Origin: Octopus sinensis
Lineage: Eukaryota
Length of the DNA stretch: 64,000 nt
Reading direction: 5' to 3'
NCBI RefSeq assembly: GCF_006345805.1
Contig: NC_042998.1
Span: forward strand, 194,060,001 to 194,124,000
The notes under the pieces were generated by a model. That model did not search any database. It saw only the letters and a program-made list of their open reading frames with translations, and had not been told where the DNA came from. A program made the position numbers and the translations under genes. Positions 25,984 to 35,958 of this stretch are shown here, piece by piece; positions within the stretch are counted from its first letter, which is position 1; the number at the start of each line of letters is the position of its first letter.

Positions 25984-28900
25984 CAACGGGCTTCTTTCAG
26001 TTTCCGTCTACCAAATCCACTCACAAGGCTTTGGTCAGCCCGAGGTTATAGTAGAAGACACTTGCCCAAGATGCCACACAGTGGGACTGAACCCGGAACC
26101 ATGTGGTTGGTAAGCAAGCTACTTACCACACAGCCACTTTATTAAAAATAACATAAAGTTTTGTGGATATAAGCATAAATTAAAGCATGTTTAAATATTG
26201 AAGCATTCTGTTTATAGAACTAAAGAAGTGAGCGAATAATTATAGTTGTTGTTTCTCTTCTTTTCTTAGGCTTATTGTGTGACCGAACCAGGTGCTGGCT
26301 CTGATGTTGCTGGTATCAAAACGAAAGCTGTGAAGAAGGGCAATGAATATGTGATCAATGGTCAGAAAATGTGGATAACAAACGGAGGAGTTGCTAATTG
26401 GTATTTCTTGTTGGCACGAACAGATCCAGACCCCAAAGCCTCAGCCGGTAAAGCTTTTACTGGCTTCATTGTAGATGCAGATACACCTGGAATAATAAAA
26501 GGCAGAAAGGTATGTCAGTAGTACTTTCTTTTGTCACTTAGTCGCACTCTTTAATTGCACTCTCTTCGCAATATCCTGTCACTTATATTATGGCATTTGA
26601 ACCTCGAGGGTATGCCCTGGTACTTGCCCCTATCTATATCTCTCTCTTTCCTTTACTCAACCATCTTTTTTATACTCTGATCCCATTCCTTGTGAGCATG
26701 CCCGGCACTTTGCCACCATCTCCATCCTGCAATCTCTCTCTTTCTCTCTCTCTCTCCCCTTCTGCACTTACCTGATGTTGGGTAACCATGTAGTTTCTTT
26801 GCAGTGGCACACCTGTTTCTGTCTTCATTCCTGATCTTTCTCTCTCCGGCCAGGTAACCTTGTACTTCCTCTACAGCAAGACACCTGTATTTGTCTCACT
26901 ATAACCTTTTCATCATCACCTCCTCCAATGCCTCCTCCCCTCTTAAAAGTTTTTGTCTTGCATGTACTTGATGACCCTGTCAGTGCAGGTGCTACTTAAC
27001 AGTATCCAGTCCACACTGTAAAGTGGTTGGTGTTCAGAAGGGCATCCAGCTGTAAAAACCTTGCCAAAACTGACCTCACCTGTGCTTGTGCCACATTAAA
27101 AACACTAAGTCCACTCTGCTGAGTGGTTGGTGTTAGGAAGGGCATCCAGCTGTAGAAATATCGCTGGATCAGATTGGAGCCTGGTGCAGCTGCTGGCTCT
27201 CCAGACCTCATTCAAACCATCTAACCCATGCCAGCATGGAAAATGGACGTTAAACGCTGATGATGATGTATGTATGTTTATATATATATGTGTGTGTGTG
27301 TGGTGTATGCATATGTGTGTTTGTATATTAATGAACTTCACAAGGAAAATGACAAGGAACCACAAGAAGTGCTGTGATGGAACAGACCCATCCGACCTAT
27401 GTCAAGGAAAATAGGCATAACATTTTCTTGGATGGTAGACTAAGATATCATCTGTTTAATGCCATTATATTAGCCTTAATGTATCTTTTGTAGAATTCTG
27501 TGGTAAGCATTCAAGCAATTTCTCTCTCCCTTTCACACGTCCCGGAGATGCTGTGTTTGTAAAATTTTTTTTTTTCAAAATCTTTGTATTATTTGTTGAT
27601 CATTTAATTTTTACTACTTTTAGTAAAACCAGTTTACCATAGTCTAGTATAGAAGTGTTTTCTACTTTTAAATATTGTAATTTCGACTGCATATCACTCA
27701 ATTTTATTTAAATGGAATATAAATAAAATTTTTTTTTTTCAATTTCCTTCATAATTATCTGCCATGGTAGTGCTGTTCTCATTCTGTTACACTGAATAAA
27801 GCTATAGAAATAAATACACATTTCTGTTATGTTTTACAAGTGGGGAAAAAGAATTCCTAAATGATGTCTGCATGTTTGTTTTTCGCTTCAAAGCAAAGAT
27901 AGAGAGAGCCAAAGTTAAGCAATTATATTTCTGATTTAACTTTTGTTCGTATTCGATAACTTTCTACTTTAGGAATGGAATATGGGACAAAGAGCATCAG
28001 ACACCAGAGGTATCACATTTGAAGATGTTGTTGTTCCTGCTGAGGTAATGCATTTTGGTATAATATTGAACTTGTATTAATTAATTGCTTCTGCCTACTA
28101 TAAAAACTATGCCAGACAACATGATACATATACAACAACAAAGATTGGCTTTTCTTTGTTGTGTGCATTAAACGATGTAGGAGTGTAACAATTGGTGAGA
28201 TGACCCTAGCAGTTGAGGGAACTTGTGGAAGAGGTAGACCCAGGAAGACCTGGGATGAAGTGGTGAAGCACGACCTTCGAAATTTAGGCCTCACCAAGGA
28301 AATGACTAGTGACCGAGAACTTTGGAAATATGCTGTGCTTGAGAAGACCTGGCAAGCCAAATGAGACCATAACCTCGTGGCCTATGCCAGGGGCGTAACC
28401 AGCCCACTTGTGCATACCTTTTCCTTCATTGGACACTAAACTCTGCTTGTGAAGACCTGTTGAGGCAAGTGAAGGCAAAATCAAAGTGAAATTCAATGAC
28501 AGGCACGAGCACCATACGAGCGTGATCGTTGGCAGAGCGGCTAACTGGCTTCCATGCCAGTGGCACATAAAAGGCACCATTCGAGTGTGATCGATACCAG
28601 CTTCACCTTACTGGCACTTGTGCCCCGTGCTAGTAGGGTGCTAAGAGCACCATCCGAGCGTGATTGTTGCCAGAGCGGCTAACTGGCTTCCGTGCCGGTG
28701 GTGTGTAAGAGACAACATTTGAGTGGGATCGTTACCAGCATCGCCTTCCTGGCACCTGTGCCGTTGGCATGTGTAAAAAGATTCAAGCAAGGTCATTGCC
28801 AGTACCGCCTGACTGTCCCCCATGCCGGTGGCATGTAAAAGCACCCACTACACTCTTGGAGTGGTTGGCGTTAGGAAGGGCATCCAGCTGTAGAAACTCT

Positions 28901-31900
28901 GCCAGATCAGATTGGAGCCTGGTGCAGCCATCTGGTTCGCCAGCCCTCAGTCAAACTGTCCAACCCATGCTAGCATGGAAAGCGGATGTTAAACGATGAT
29001 GATGATATACTGGAACAAACCTGTATAACCCATACAAGCATACATTCTCAGCTATATTGTTATCACCCCAAAAAGTTCATTTGACTAGCCCGTTCACTTT
29101 CACTCAACAATTTGCTGTGTCTTCCTTGTCTCTTTTGCTGTATTCCCAACAATGGAATATCTCTGCACAGTTATTTCAAAATAGAAATAGAAGTTAAATT
29201 CCTCTCATATCACATTTAACAAGTTAATATTGTCTTAGAGACAGTAAGTCTGGAAAAAAAAATGGAATGGTCATGGTTGGAATACCTTTGATGAGGGCTG
29301 ACTTGGAGCAGGTAACTTCATCACCACTATCTATCACCCAGATTGTCATTTGACCTAGCAGAAAAAAGCAGACAGAATACCCTCTACCATCTTAAAAATG
29401 TAAGGACCCTTTAGATAAGGCAGTCCAAGATACAAAACAAAAAGATAGGGAACAGAACTGTTTTAATTATGTCTTCTCAATCAGAGACTAAACAACAGTT
29501 ATTTCTTCACAACCTTACTGACTATATACCACCACCCAATGCAACCAGGTATTGTCTCCTCTTCATTCCTACAACAGCTCGACCTGCAAATTCCATATTA
29601 AATATTTCTTCCTAAATCAGTAACTGTTTGGAATTCCTTTCTTATCCAAGTTTCTTTTTTCATGTACACCACCTAACAGATGTTTAACCCTTTAGTATTT
29701 AAACCGGCCATATCCGGCCAAAATATTTAATCTGTTTTGTGTCGAAACTGACCAGATCCAGGCTCTCACACCTACCCTACAATGTTATTCTACATTAGGC
29801 AATTACACCATCAAGATCTTGAAGATATGAGATAATGCATGATTAATTCAAATCAATGTGAATCAATAAGCATTATGTTTGATAAAATAATCTGAATGCT
29901 TAAGGGTTAAGCTGAACATCAGCCCTCACTTCTATTTCATCATTCATGGAAGATGAAAGCTATGAACTCTATCCTTCTTCTTCAGACTAAATAAGGGGTA
30001 AAAATATGTTTTTATTTTCAGAATGTTCTTGGTGCAGAAGGTATTGGTTTCAAGATTGCAATGGGCGCTTTCGACAAGACACGACCTGCAGTAAGTGATT
30101 ATTCATGTCTTATGCTGATATAAGGTTAAATGTGCTAAAATCTAGCCCAGAGTTGATTCATAGAAAATATTATGAAAATACTGGATTGATTGATTACCCG
30201 ATTGTTTTTCTTTATTCTATTTCCAGGTGGCAGCAGGAGCTTGTGGATTAGCACAAAGAGCCTTTGATGAAGCTACAAAATATTCAATGGAGAGAAAAAC
30301 CATGGGGCAACCCATTTGTACAGTTAGTAAAACCTATATTTTGTATATTTATCTATTTTAAAATTTTATATCACATTTTGTGAGCAACATCATTGTTGGT
30401 TTCAAGTTTCTGTTTGGCAAATTACTGGTTCCCTGCATTTACAATAGCAAGAACAAAGGCAAGTTTCTGTAAAATTTGGGTGGAAGAAGTACTACATGAT
30501 ATTTTTTTTCAAAAGCACCCTGCATGACCAAAATCCAAAGACCAAAACACGTAAAAGAATAAAAGAATATTTTCTCCCTGTCAGATTTTTTGACTGTTGT
30601 TTACTCCGTGAAATCATTAATGTTAAAACCTACTTTCTACCATGAAATTATCTAGATTAGAAAAGTATTCATATTTTACCAGTGTACTTATTTCATTAAA
30701 TATGTACCTGTAAAGCACTAGTATTGATTTAATTAACCATACTTTTCCTCAAAATTTGTGAACTTCTACCAATGATGGAAATCCTTATTTGGTTAACTTA
30801 ATGTCTTCGTTTCCTTTGCAGCACCAAGCTGTTGCCTTTATGTTGGCCGATATGGCAATTGGAATTGAATCAGCACGAATGATGACGTATAAATCTGCTT
30901 GGGAAATCGACAACGGTATCCGAAATACTTACAATGCTTCAATTGCCAAATGTTTGGCAGGAGATGTTGCAAATAAATGTACAACTGATGCTGTACAGGT
31001 AAACACTTTATTCATACTCTTCTCTGTTAAACTAGGCACCCAAATTTCATTCACTCTCCCACTTGTATGTTATGATTCAGCATACTTTGGGTCACTCAAA
31101 CACCATTGGTCCATATCAAAAATTACACTGAATGAGAATTAACAGAATACATTAATTTTTATTGTATTGTGTCTGGGGAGAGTCATTTTCTTTTTGTGCC
31201 TTATTATGTGATACACTCACTGTTAAAATTAAAAAAAAAGTAATAATAAAAAATAGAAATGAAAAATAAAAATTTAAAAATTTAAAAATTTTTAAAAATA
31301 AAATAAAGAAAAAACGTGGAAATTTTACCGGTGTTTATGTTACATAATAAGGCACAAAAAGAAAATGACTCTCCCCAGACACAATAGAATATGCTTCAAC
31401 ACACAAACTCATATAAAGAATCTTGCAAACCAAATCCAAAAATGAAATATTAATTTTTATATGTATGGAGAAAATGTTCATATATGAAGATGTTTGCATG
31501 TTATATTTTAAATTGCTCTGTGTTGATTATGTTTATAAAATAAATATGAAGTACATATTCTTTCACTGTTATACTTTTTCTTTTATTAGATATTTGGTGG
31601 AAATGGTTTCAACAGCGATTATCCAGTTGAAAAACTAATGAGAGATGCTAAGATTTACCAGGTCAGTGTTAAAATATTTCTGAAATGTTATAGTTTAGAA
31701 GATAATTAAGATATTTATTTTCCCTTACATAATTTGTTCCAAGTTTTATATATACTTTATTACTGAAGTTTCAATATGGTTTAAATAAAAGTTTAAATGA
31801 AATAATACATGTAGATATATACCACTTCAATACATAACCATATACATCCATACATACACATGCATGTGCACATAGGTACAGATACAGTAGGATTAGAATG

Positions 31901-34356
31901 GCAGTAGGACACAAGGAGACCCATACAAATAAATAAATAAATTGGTAGGCCCGCTCGAGGGGCATAGGCAGAGATAATTGTCACCATGCTGTTCTGTAAG
32001 ACTGGCCTAAGCTTGAGCACCCTATCACCCATTCTGGCTACCTCTATGACTTTATCCACCCATTTCTCTGCAAGAAATATACCCGCACCACCTACCCCAT
32101 CACTGTTACCTTCCCAGATGATTTTATACCTATGTTTTGCCTGTGAGGAACCTGGCTGAAGCTCCTCTCCACCTTACCTCTTGAATGCAGCATACATCAA
32201 CACGCCTCCTTTCAAGTATCTCAACAATCTCACTAGATTACCTTTCAATGTATTTACATTGACAGTGCTAACTCTGACAACTGGGAAAGAGACATGGGAG
32301 GGAACATGGGAAAGAGTGATGTTATTCAGCACCTGAGAAAAGGTTTCCAACACATGCACACATATGCAGGAACACATACATACACACAAGAATGCACATG
32401 CAAACATACACACAGACACTTACCTATTCAGGAAACTGCCACACCTCACACACACACACAAGTACACACACACACCCTGACACACACACACACACACACT
32501 GGAATGCACTCACATAAGCAAACACTCATACATTCATACACACACAAATAGACGCACTCACAGAACTGACTTGACCACACAAACATGTACATTAGACCAC
32601 ACACACTCACACCCCTACTCTTTTCTCTTCTTCCTCTCCCCACATAAGGAACTACAACCTTAAATGTTTCCTGGATGACAGGCAAATCCCAGCAGATCTG
32701 AAATTGAATTGGCCTTGAATAAAAGGCCAAACCATTAAAGAGGTCATGGATGGCTAATGCACACACACACACATACAGGCAGTCTTAGGGGTGTACACAC
32801 ACAACTACACACACACACACACACACATGCACTTCAAAATATAAATTTTAGTTTGAATAGCAACACTAAATTGAAAAATGTAATTTTGCAGCGTAAGGGA
32901 GATAACATTCTTTAAGTCCCCTTATATGTAATGAAAGTAAATCTAGGTCTTTTAAAGATAGTTACCCTAATAACAAGGTATGTCCTAGTAAAACTGTTGG
33001 TTGATAATTCCATATGGTAAACAGATGAAATCCAACCTCCCTTACCAGTTTTGTGAAGCTATAGATAAGAATTTCCCAAAAAATTCAAGCTACCATTCTA
33101 TTATCAATTCACACCAAATTAGAATAGGGTTTTCAAACACCATAAACCTTTCACAAATCATCTCTTCGCATAACAGTAAATTGTTAAATACAAATCCACT
33201 TAATGAAAATAATAACACTGATATTATTAACGCTAACCATTCTTTGAATAACAAGAACAACAATATTAGTGTTTCTGATATAAATTCAAATCGTACTTGT
33301 TTCCTTAGCAGTAATTCTAAGACTAGAAACTCTGTTTATCAATGTAAAATTACTTCCAGTTCTGATGTCTGTTTTTAGATAGGTAGTTCTTCATCTCAGT
33401 TGTCAAAAAGAATATCTAATCATTACTCTACATTTAGACATATCAATAAACGTAACAATACTGGGCTTAGTAAATTAATTTGGTTTCTAAAGGAACATAA
33501 TAAACAATTTGGTTTGGAATGGAATATTCTATCTAAATCTTTTCCATATGATAAAGGTAAATCTTTTTGTCTGCTTTGTAATGAAGAACAGTATCTCATT
33601 CTATTCTCGGAGAATTCTCTTGTAAACATGTTTAAAGAATGCGTTTATCATTGCAAGTCCTTCTTAAGTGACACATTTTTCCATTCAAGTCATTACAGAA
33701 TTACAGATAGTTTCTATCTGTAATTACTGACTTTTGGCCAACACTATATATATATGAATATGTGTGTGTGTGTCTGTGTTTGTCCCCCCCATCACCACTT
33801 GACAACTGCTGTTGGTGTATTTAGATCCCTGTAATTTAACAATTTGGCAAAAGAGACCAATAGAATATGTTCTAGGTTTAAAAAAAAGTCTTAGAGTTGA
33901 TTTGTTCAACTGAAACCCTTTCACAGCAGTACTGCAGCATGTCTGCTGTCAAATGACTGAAACAAGTAAAAGACTTAGTTGGTCAAATATTTAACCAGTT
34001 GCCTAACAATAAAGAAGTGTTATTGGACCAGTGCATGTGTTTATTATTGGTATAATGGCCCTCCCTAGACAACAAGATTTGTTTCAACAAAAGAATTCAC
34101 ATTAAGACTCTTGCAAACCAAATACAAAAATGAAGATTCTATACTTTTAACCTTCCCATTATTGTTATTAAAAAAATATTTAATAGAAATTTAGCACTTA
34201 ATTGGTTTATGTTTAATAAGTTGTTGATCTTTAACATGAATAATTTCTAATTTCTATATTTTCTTACTGAACTTTCAGATTTATGAGGGTACGGCTCAAA
34301 TTCAAAGACTAATTATATCAAGAGAACATTTAAATCAAGCCAAGAAGAACATGTAA
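4199..34356 (+). CDS. ACADM: Medium-chain specific acyl-CoA dehydrogenase (MCAD), 12 coding exons visible, 5' incomplete; 1224 nt spliced = 407 aa + stop
   Basis: Manual splicing gives one continuous frame VLRS...GFSFSLTEDQK...[18 protein letters not shown]...GQKMWITNG...FDKTRP...FGGNGF...[27 protein letters not shown]...KKNM*. All junctions are GT-AG and phases are compatible. Exon sizes 98/70/101/81/96 match human ACADM exons as recalled. Confidence 0.97.
4373..4587. mobile_element. piggyBac-type MITE, left end missing
   Basis: Ends CTAAAGGGTTAA; body matches the complete copy at 29684-29910. Confidence 0.7.
4901..5150 (-). mobile_element. RTE-derived 3' end copy
   Basis: Same tail and body motif as 631-908. 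Confidence 0.85.
5830..6470 (+). mobile_element. Probable Helitron/Helentron-like non-autonomous element with an internal ~120 bp direct repeat, interrupted by a short RTE tail (6399-6461)
   Basis: Duplicated block at ~5832-5950 and ~6052-6170; GTGAAGTTTGGTGAAAATCGG motif; ends TACTGCTAGT like the end at 47607. Confidence 0.45.
6700..7960 (-). pseudogene. Old CR1/Jockey-group LINE 3' fragment, split by a younger RTE insertion
   Basis: Minus-strand remnants [14 protein letters not shown] (~7690-7730) and [11 protein letters not shown]...[15 protein letters not shown] (~6730-6830) resemble LINE ORF2 C-terminal motifs. Confidence 0.5.
6925..7590 (+). mobile_element. RTE LINE 3' fragment (ORF C-terminus + 3'UTR + (GAT)n)
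   Basis: [17 protein letters not shown]...[15 protein letters not shown] is typical of the RTE C-terminus and is followed by the shared tail. Confidence 0.9.
8263..8662 (-). mobile_element. tRNA-derived SINE, dimeric (head + body + body)
   Basis: Body GAGTTCAAATTCCGCCGAGG-TTGCCTTTCATCCTTTCGGGGTCGAT occurs twice; a single head at the 8662 end. Confidence 0.8.
9483..9580 (+). CDS. ACADM: ACADM window exon 2 (98 nt) (S)[32 protein letters not shown]
   Basis: TTTACAG acceptor, GTTAGT donor, clear MCAD similarity. Confidence 0.96.
10378..10861 (+). mobile_element. Tandem pair of Helitron-like 3' ends
   Basis: About 210 bp duplicated unit, each ending in a CCYGAGCAA..CGGG-like hairpin plus CTGYWWGT (10559-10587, 10833-10861). 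Confidence 0.55.
11015..11545. repeat. Degenerate ~30 bp minisatellite (TTGA..TGTCCTGT.ATA) containing a 139 bp foreign insert
   Basis: Recurrent TATTGA/TGTCC/TATAC units seen directly. Confidence 0.55.
11665..11734 (+). CDS. ACADM: ACADM window exon 3 (70 nt) [23 protein letters not shown](G)
   Basis: TTTTCAG acceptor, GTAAGT donor. Confidence 0.95.
11884..12066 (+). mobile_element. RTE-derived 3' end copy
   Basis: Ends CCAACCCATGCTAGCATGGAAAAC.GACGTTAAA(TGA)n. Confidence 0.85.
13223..13406 (+). mobile_element. RTE-derived 3' end copy
   Basis: Same tail. Confidence 0.85.
13824..14756. mobile_element. piggyBac-type non-autonomous element (~930 bp)
   Basis: TTAACCCTTTCATTAC ... GTAACGAAAGGGTTAA (15/16 inverted match including TTAA); internal ~75 bp direct repeat at ~14087 and ~14265. 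Confidence 0.8.
15005..16460 (-). mobile_element. Penelope-like element remnant (RT-thumb/linker/GIY-YIG on minus strand, inverted N-terminal piece on plus strand)
   Basis: Minus: VWLILPY...[11 protein letters not shown]...CNC...IVYQC...VYMGAT...RLNYH...WKIL...CTLC. Plus 16276-16430: [18 protein letters not shown]...RI*WKVY, resembling a PLE ORF N-terminus. Confidence 0.85.
16686..17440 (-). mobile_element. RTE LINE ORF C-terminal fragment with Cys/His insertion
   Basis: WP*SIWRKG...[14 protein letters not shown]...FTCGR followed by [11 protein letters not shown]...AMLHGSEIW...[10 protein letters not shown]; decayed. Confidence 0.85.
17534..17726 (-). mobile_element. Short ORF-less element with minimal hammerhead-like motif (17615-17649)
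   Basis: Minus strand GTTT CTGACGA A GAGC TCC GCTC CAAA CGTA AAAC; flanked by (TA)n on both sides. Confidence 0.6.
17781..18487 (-). mobile_element. RTE LINE 3' fragment with multi-unit 3'UTR
   Basis: [21 protein letters not shown]...KTRQAK* followed by 5-6 internal subrepeats and the (GAT)n tail. Confidence 0.88.
19101..19201 (+). CDS. ACADM: ACADM window exon 4 (101 nt) [33 protein letters not shown]
   Basis: Poly-T ACAG acceptor, GTAAGT donor. Confidence 0.97.
19326..20022. mobile_element. piggyBac-type MITE interrupted by an RTE 3' end (19474-19925, minus strand)
   Basis: TTAACCCTTTAGCATTC ... GAATGCTAAAGGATTAA with an RTE tail copy in the middle. Confidence 0.78.
20208..20457 (+). mobile_element. 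RTE-derived 3' end copy
   Basis: Same tail; near consensus. Confidence 0.85.
21130..21725 (-). mobile_element. Penelope-like element 3' fragment, Neptune-type GIY-YIG endonuclease
   Basis: Minus frame PCSRPHCRT...[16 protein letters not shown]...[15 protein letters not shown]...SHF...[11 protein letters not shown]; upstream FKQAQNL*DFLVHS. Confidence 0.8.
21820..22230 (-). mobile_element. Two decayed tRNA-SINE copies (same family as 8263)
   Basis: GAATTTGAACTCAGAATGTAAAGA and GATGAAAGGCAAAGTTGAC motifs. Confidence 0.65.
22232..22660 (-). mobile_element. RTE-derived 3' end copy
   Basis: Same tail and subrepeats. Confidence 0.85.
22726..22806 (+). CDS. ACADM: ACADM window exon 5 (81 nt) [27 protein letters not shown]
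   Basis: TATACAG acceptor, GTAAGT donor. Confidence 0.96.
23225..23610 (-). mobile_element. RTE-derived 3' end copy
   Basis: Same tail and subrepeats. Confidence 0.85.
24762..25187 (-). mobile_element. tRNA-derived CORE-type SINE (OR2-like) with central microsatellite
   Basis: Head with A/B-box-like TGGCTGTGTG / GGTTCAGTCCC, then CTTGGGCAAGTG core-like motif; four near-identical copies in the window. Confidence 0.8.
25452..25722 (+). mobile_element. CR1/L2-group LINE extreme 3' end
   Basis: [27 protein letters not shown] matches the FFxxRVxxxWNxLP ORF2 C-terminal motif. Confidence 0.7.
25723..26137 (-). mobile_element. CORE-type SINE, second copy
   Basis: Near-identical to 24762-25187. 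Confidence 0.8.
26270..26509 (+). CDS. ACADM: ACADM window exon 6 (240 nt) [15 protein letters not shown]...[21 protein letters not shown]...GIIKGRK
   Basis: TTCTTAG acceptor, GTATGT donor; contains both acyl-CoA dehydrogenase FAD-binding signature segments. Confidence 0.98.
26985..27268 (+). mobile_element. RTE-derived 3' end (decayed partial copy followed by an intact tail)
   Basis: GAAGGGCATCCAGCTGTA motif twice; (TGA)n tail. Confidence 0.75.
27973..28044 (+). CDS. ACADM: ACADM window exon 7 (72 nt) [24 protein letters not shown]
   Basis: CTTTAG acceptor, GTAATG donor. Confidence 0.95.
28160..29006 (+). mobile_element. RTE LINE 3' fragment with full multi-unit 3'UTR
   Basis: [22 protein letters not shown]...KTWQAK* plus subrepeats and (GAT)n. 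Confidence 0.9.
29684..29910. mobile_element. Complete piggyBac-type MITE (227 bp)
   Basis: TTAACCCTTTAGTATT ... AATGCTTAAGGGTTAA. Confidence 0.8.
30022..30090 (+). CDS. ACADM: ACADM window exon 8 (69 nt) [23 protein letters not shown]
   Basis: TTTTCAG acceptor, GTAAGT donor. Confidence 0.96.
30227..30322 (+). CDS. ACADM: ACADM window exon 9 (96 nt) [32 protein letters not shown]
   Basis: TTTCCAG acceptor, GTTAGT donor. Confidence 0.96.
30822..30998 (+). CDS. ACADM: ACADM window exon 10 (177 nt) [12 protein letters not shown]...[12 protein letters not shown]
   Basis: TTTGCAG acceptor, GTAAAC donor. Confidence 0.97.
31167..31384. mobile_element. Tc1/mariner-type MITE with 43 bp perfect TIRs and TA TSD
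   Basis: TA|TTGTGTCTGGGGAGAGTCATTTTCTTTTTGTGCCTTATTATGT ... exact reverse complement|TA. Confidence 0.85.
31590..31661 (+). CDS. ACADM: ACADM window exon 11 (72 nt) [24 protein letters not shown]
   Basis: TTATTAG acceptor, GTCAGT donor; acyl-CoA dehydrogenase signature 2 region. Confidence 0.97.
31945..32340 (-). mobile_element. RTE LINE 5' fragment (apurinic endonuclease start)
   Basis: [13 protein letters not shown]...[38 protein letters not shown]...TIISAYAP. Confidence 0.8.
32835..33745 (+). mobile_element. Penelope-like element 3' remnant, same type as 15005-16460
   Basis: (TVW)LIIPYG...[27 protein letters not shown]...SVYQC...F*IGSS...KRISNH...TGLS...WNIL...CLLC. Confidence 0.85.
33760..33975 (+). 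mobile_element. Decayed 3' half of a CORE-type SINE
   Basis: Ends GTCAAATGACTGAAACAAGTAAAAG like the other copies. Confidence 0.65.
34279..34356 (+). CDS. ACADM: ACADM last coding exon [25 protein letters not shown]
   Basis: CTTTCAG acceptor; catalytic Glu in IYEG; TAA at 34354-34356. Confidence 0.97.
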   Translation: MYEGTAQIQRLIISREHLNQAKKNM

Positions 34357-35560
34357 TGTTTGATATCTTTGGATAAACCACTTTGGTCTGAATGATATTG
34401 CTGTCTTCATTTATAACATGGTACATTAACAGAAGTTGATTGAGATATAGGATTTTTTTAAATAGAAAATAATCATTAAAAATGTTTGGGTTTTGAAATC
34501 ATTCATGCAAATAATTCTAACAGCTAAAATTATTTACTATGAAATAGATGCAAACACCTGCAACCTATAATTCGTTACAAACACATTGTAGCCAAAGGTA
34601 ATATTAGCTGTATTGATTAATTTTTATCATCAGATAAATGTATATTCTTGATTTTATTTTCAATTTTTATTTTTTATGTCAAGATAACAATATATTAACT
34701 AATTTTTATTTCCAAATCTTACTTTTTATTATAAATTAAATTTTACTTCCTAGTTTTAAAGTAGTCTTTTTAAAATTTTTTTCTTTTACTTATTCCAGCT
34801 ATTAGGAAATGTTTAAACTTTTCTCAGTTTTATGGCATTATATTGTTGAGAGATATTACCTACTCTGAGTAGGATACCATCTTTTGCTACTTTTGGCCAT
34901 ACAAGGATATATATTTGGAAGTAACAGTTAATTTTGCCATGAGCTGTGCTTCCTTGTGGAATCTATTAGCAGATTAGAGGACTAAGATAATGACCTTTTG
35001 AGGACCAAAATATCAAGCATTTGAGGACTGAGATATTGAGCATTTACTTAAGTTTCATTTAAATTTATCTTTCATATGCTTGGTATACAGTAATCATGTG
35101 TAGGACACCCCGACTTAACATTACAGTTACTATTTTAATTACCTCTACATTAACTTTTTAACTATTTTAACACTTAAAACTATTCAACCATATCGTAAAT
35201 ACATATCTATTCTATACAGCAAGTGCTGGAGAACAATAGTGATGAAATAATGCTAAACTAGGAATCAATCAAGAAGAATCAGTTTAACTAAATTATCTAC
35301 ACCTGTTTCATCCAGATATCACAATCATGTTTGAAAGAGTATTTTCAAGTCAGGGTGTATATGAATAGAATCTTTTTATAAAATAAGAAATTTAGAAGCC
35401 ACAATTGTATAGAGAGAGAATATTAGAAGAAAACCAAAAGTAGATGCAATTCCTTGGGTATATTTGCTCAAAATGTTTTAGACATTTTCAAGGATTTTAA
35501 AAGCTGTTCATTTCTTTTAAAAATTAGATTTTTCTATTTCATTATAAATGTTTTTATAAT

Positions 35561-35620
35561 ATTAAATGCAATAAATAATTATATTTTCATGCATGTAGTT
35601 GTTTAGTATTTTCTTTTATT
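35561..35620 (+). terminator. Candidate ACADM polyadenylation signal (ATTAAA 35561, AATAAA 35570, GT/T-rich tract downstream)
   Basis: First AATAAA I found after the stop codon, ending an about 1.2 kb AT-rich stretch with no recognised TE (putative 3'UTR). Confidence 0.4.
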
Positions 35621-35761
35621 CAAGTTAATTTCATAATCTTAGATGAGTTAACATGTCTTTGTTTCTGTGAAATTATGGTTTTTGTTAAATGGAACCCTGC
35701 TGATTTGTTAAATGCATAATTAGCATCATAATAAGATTTGAAGAATACTAGATGCTGATAT

Positions 35762-35958
35762 ATCATCATCACTACCACCATCATCATCATTGTATAATGT
35801 CCGTTTTCCATGCTGGCATGGGTTGGACGGTTTGACTGAGGTCTGGAGAGCCAGTGGCTGCACCAGGCTCCAATCTGATGTGGCAATGTTTCTACAGCTG
35901 GATGCCCTTCCTAACGTAAAACCACTCCGAGAGTGTAGTGGGTACTTTTTATGTGCCA
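35762..35958 (-). mobile_element. RTE-derived 3' end copy (last one in the window)
   Basis: Same tail. Confidence 0.8.
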
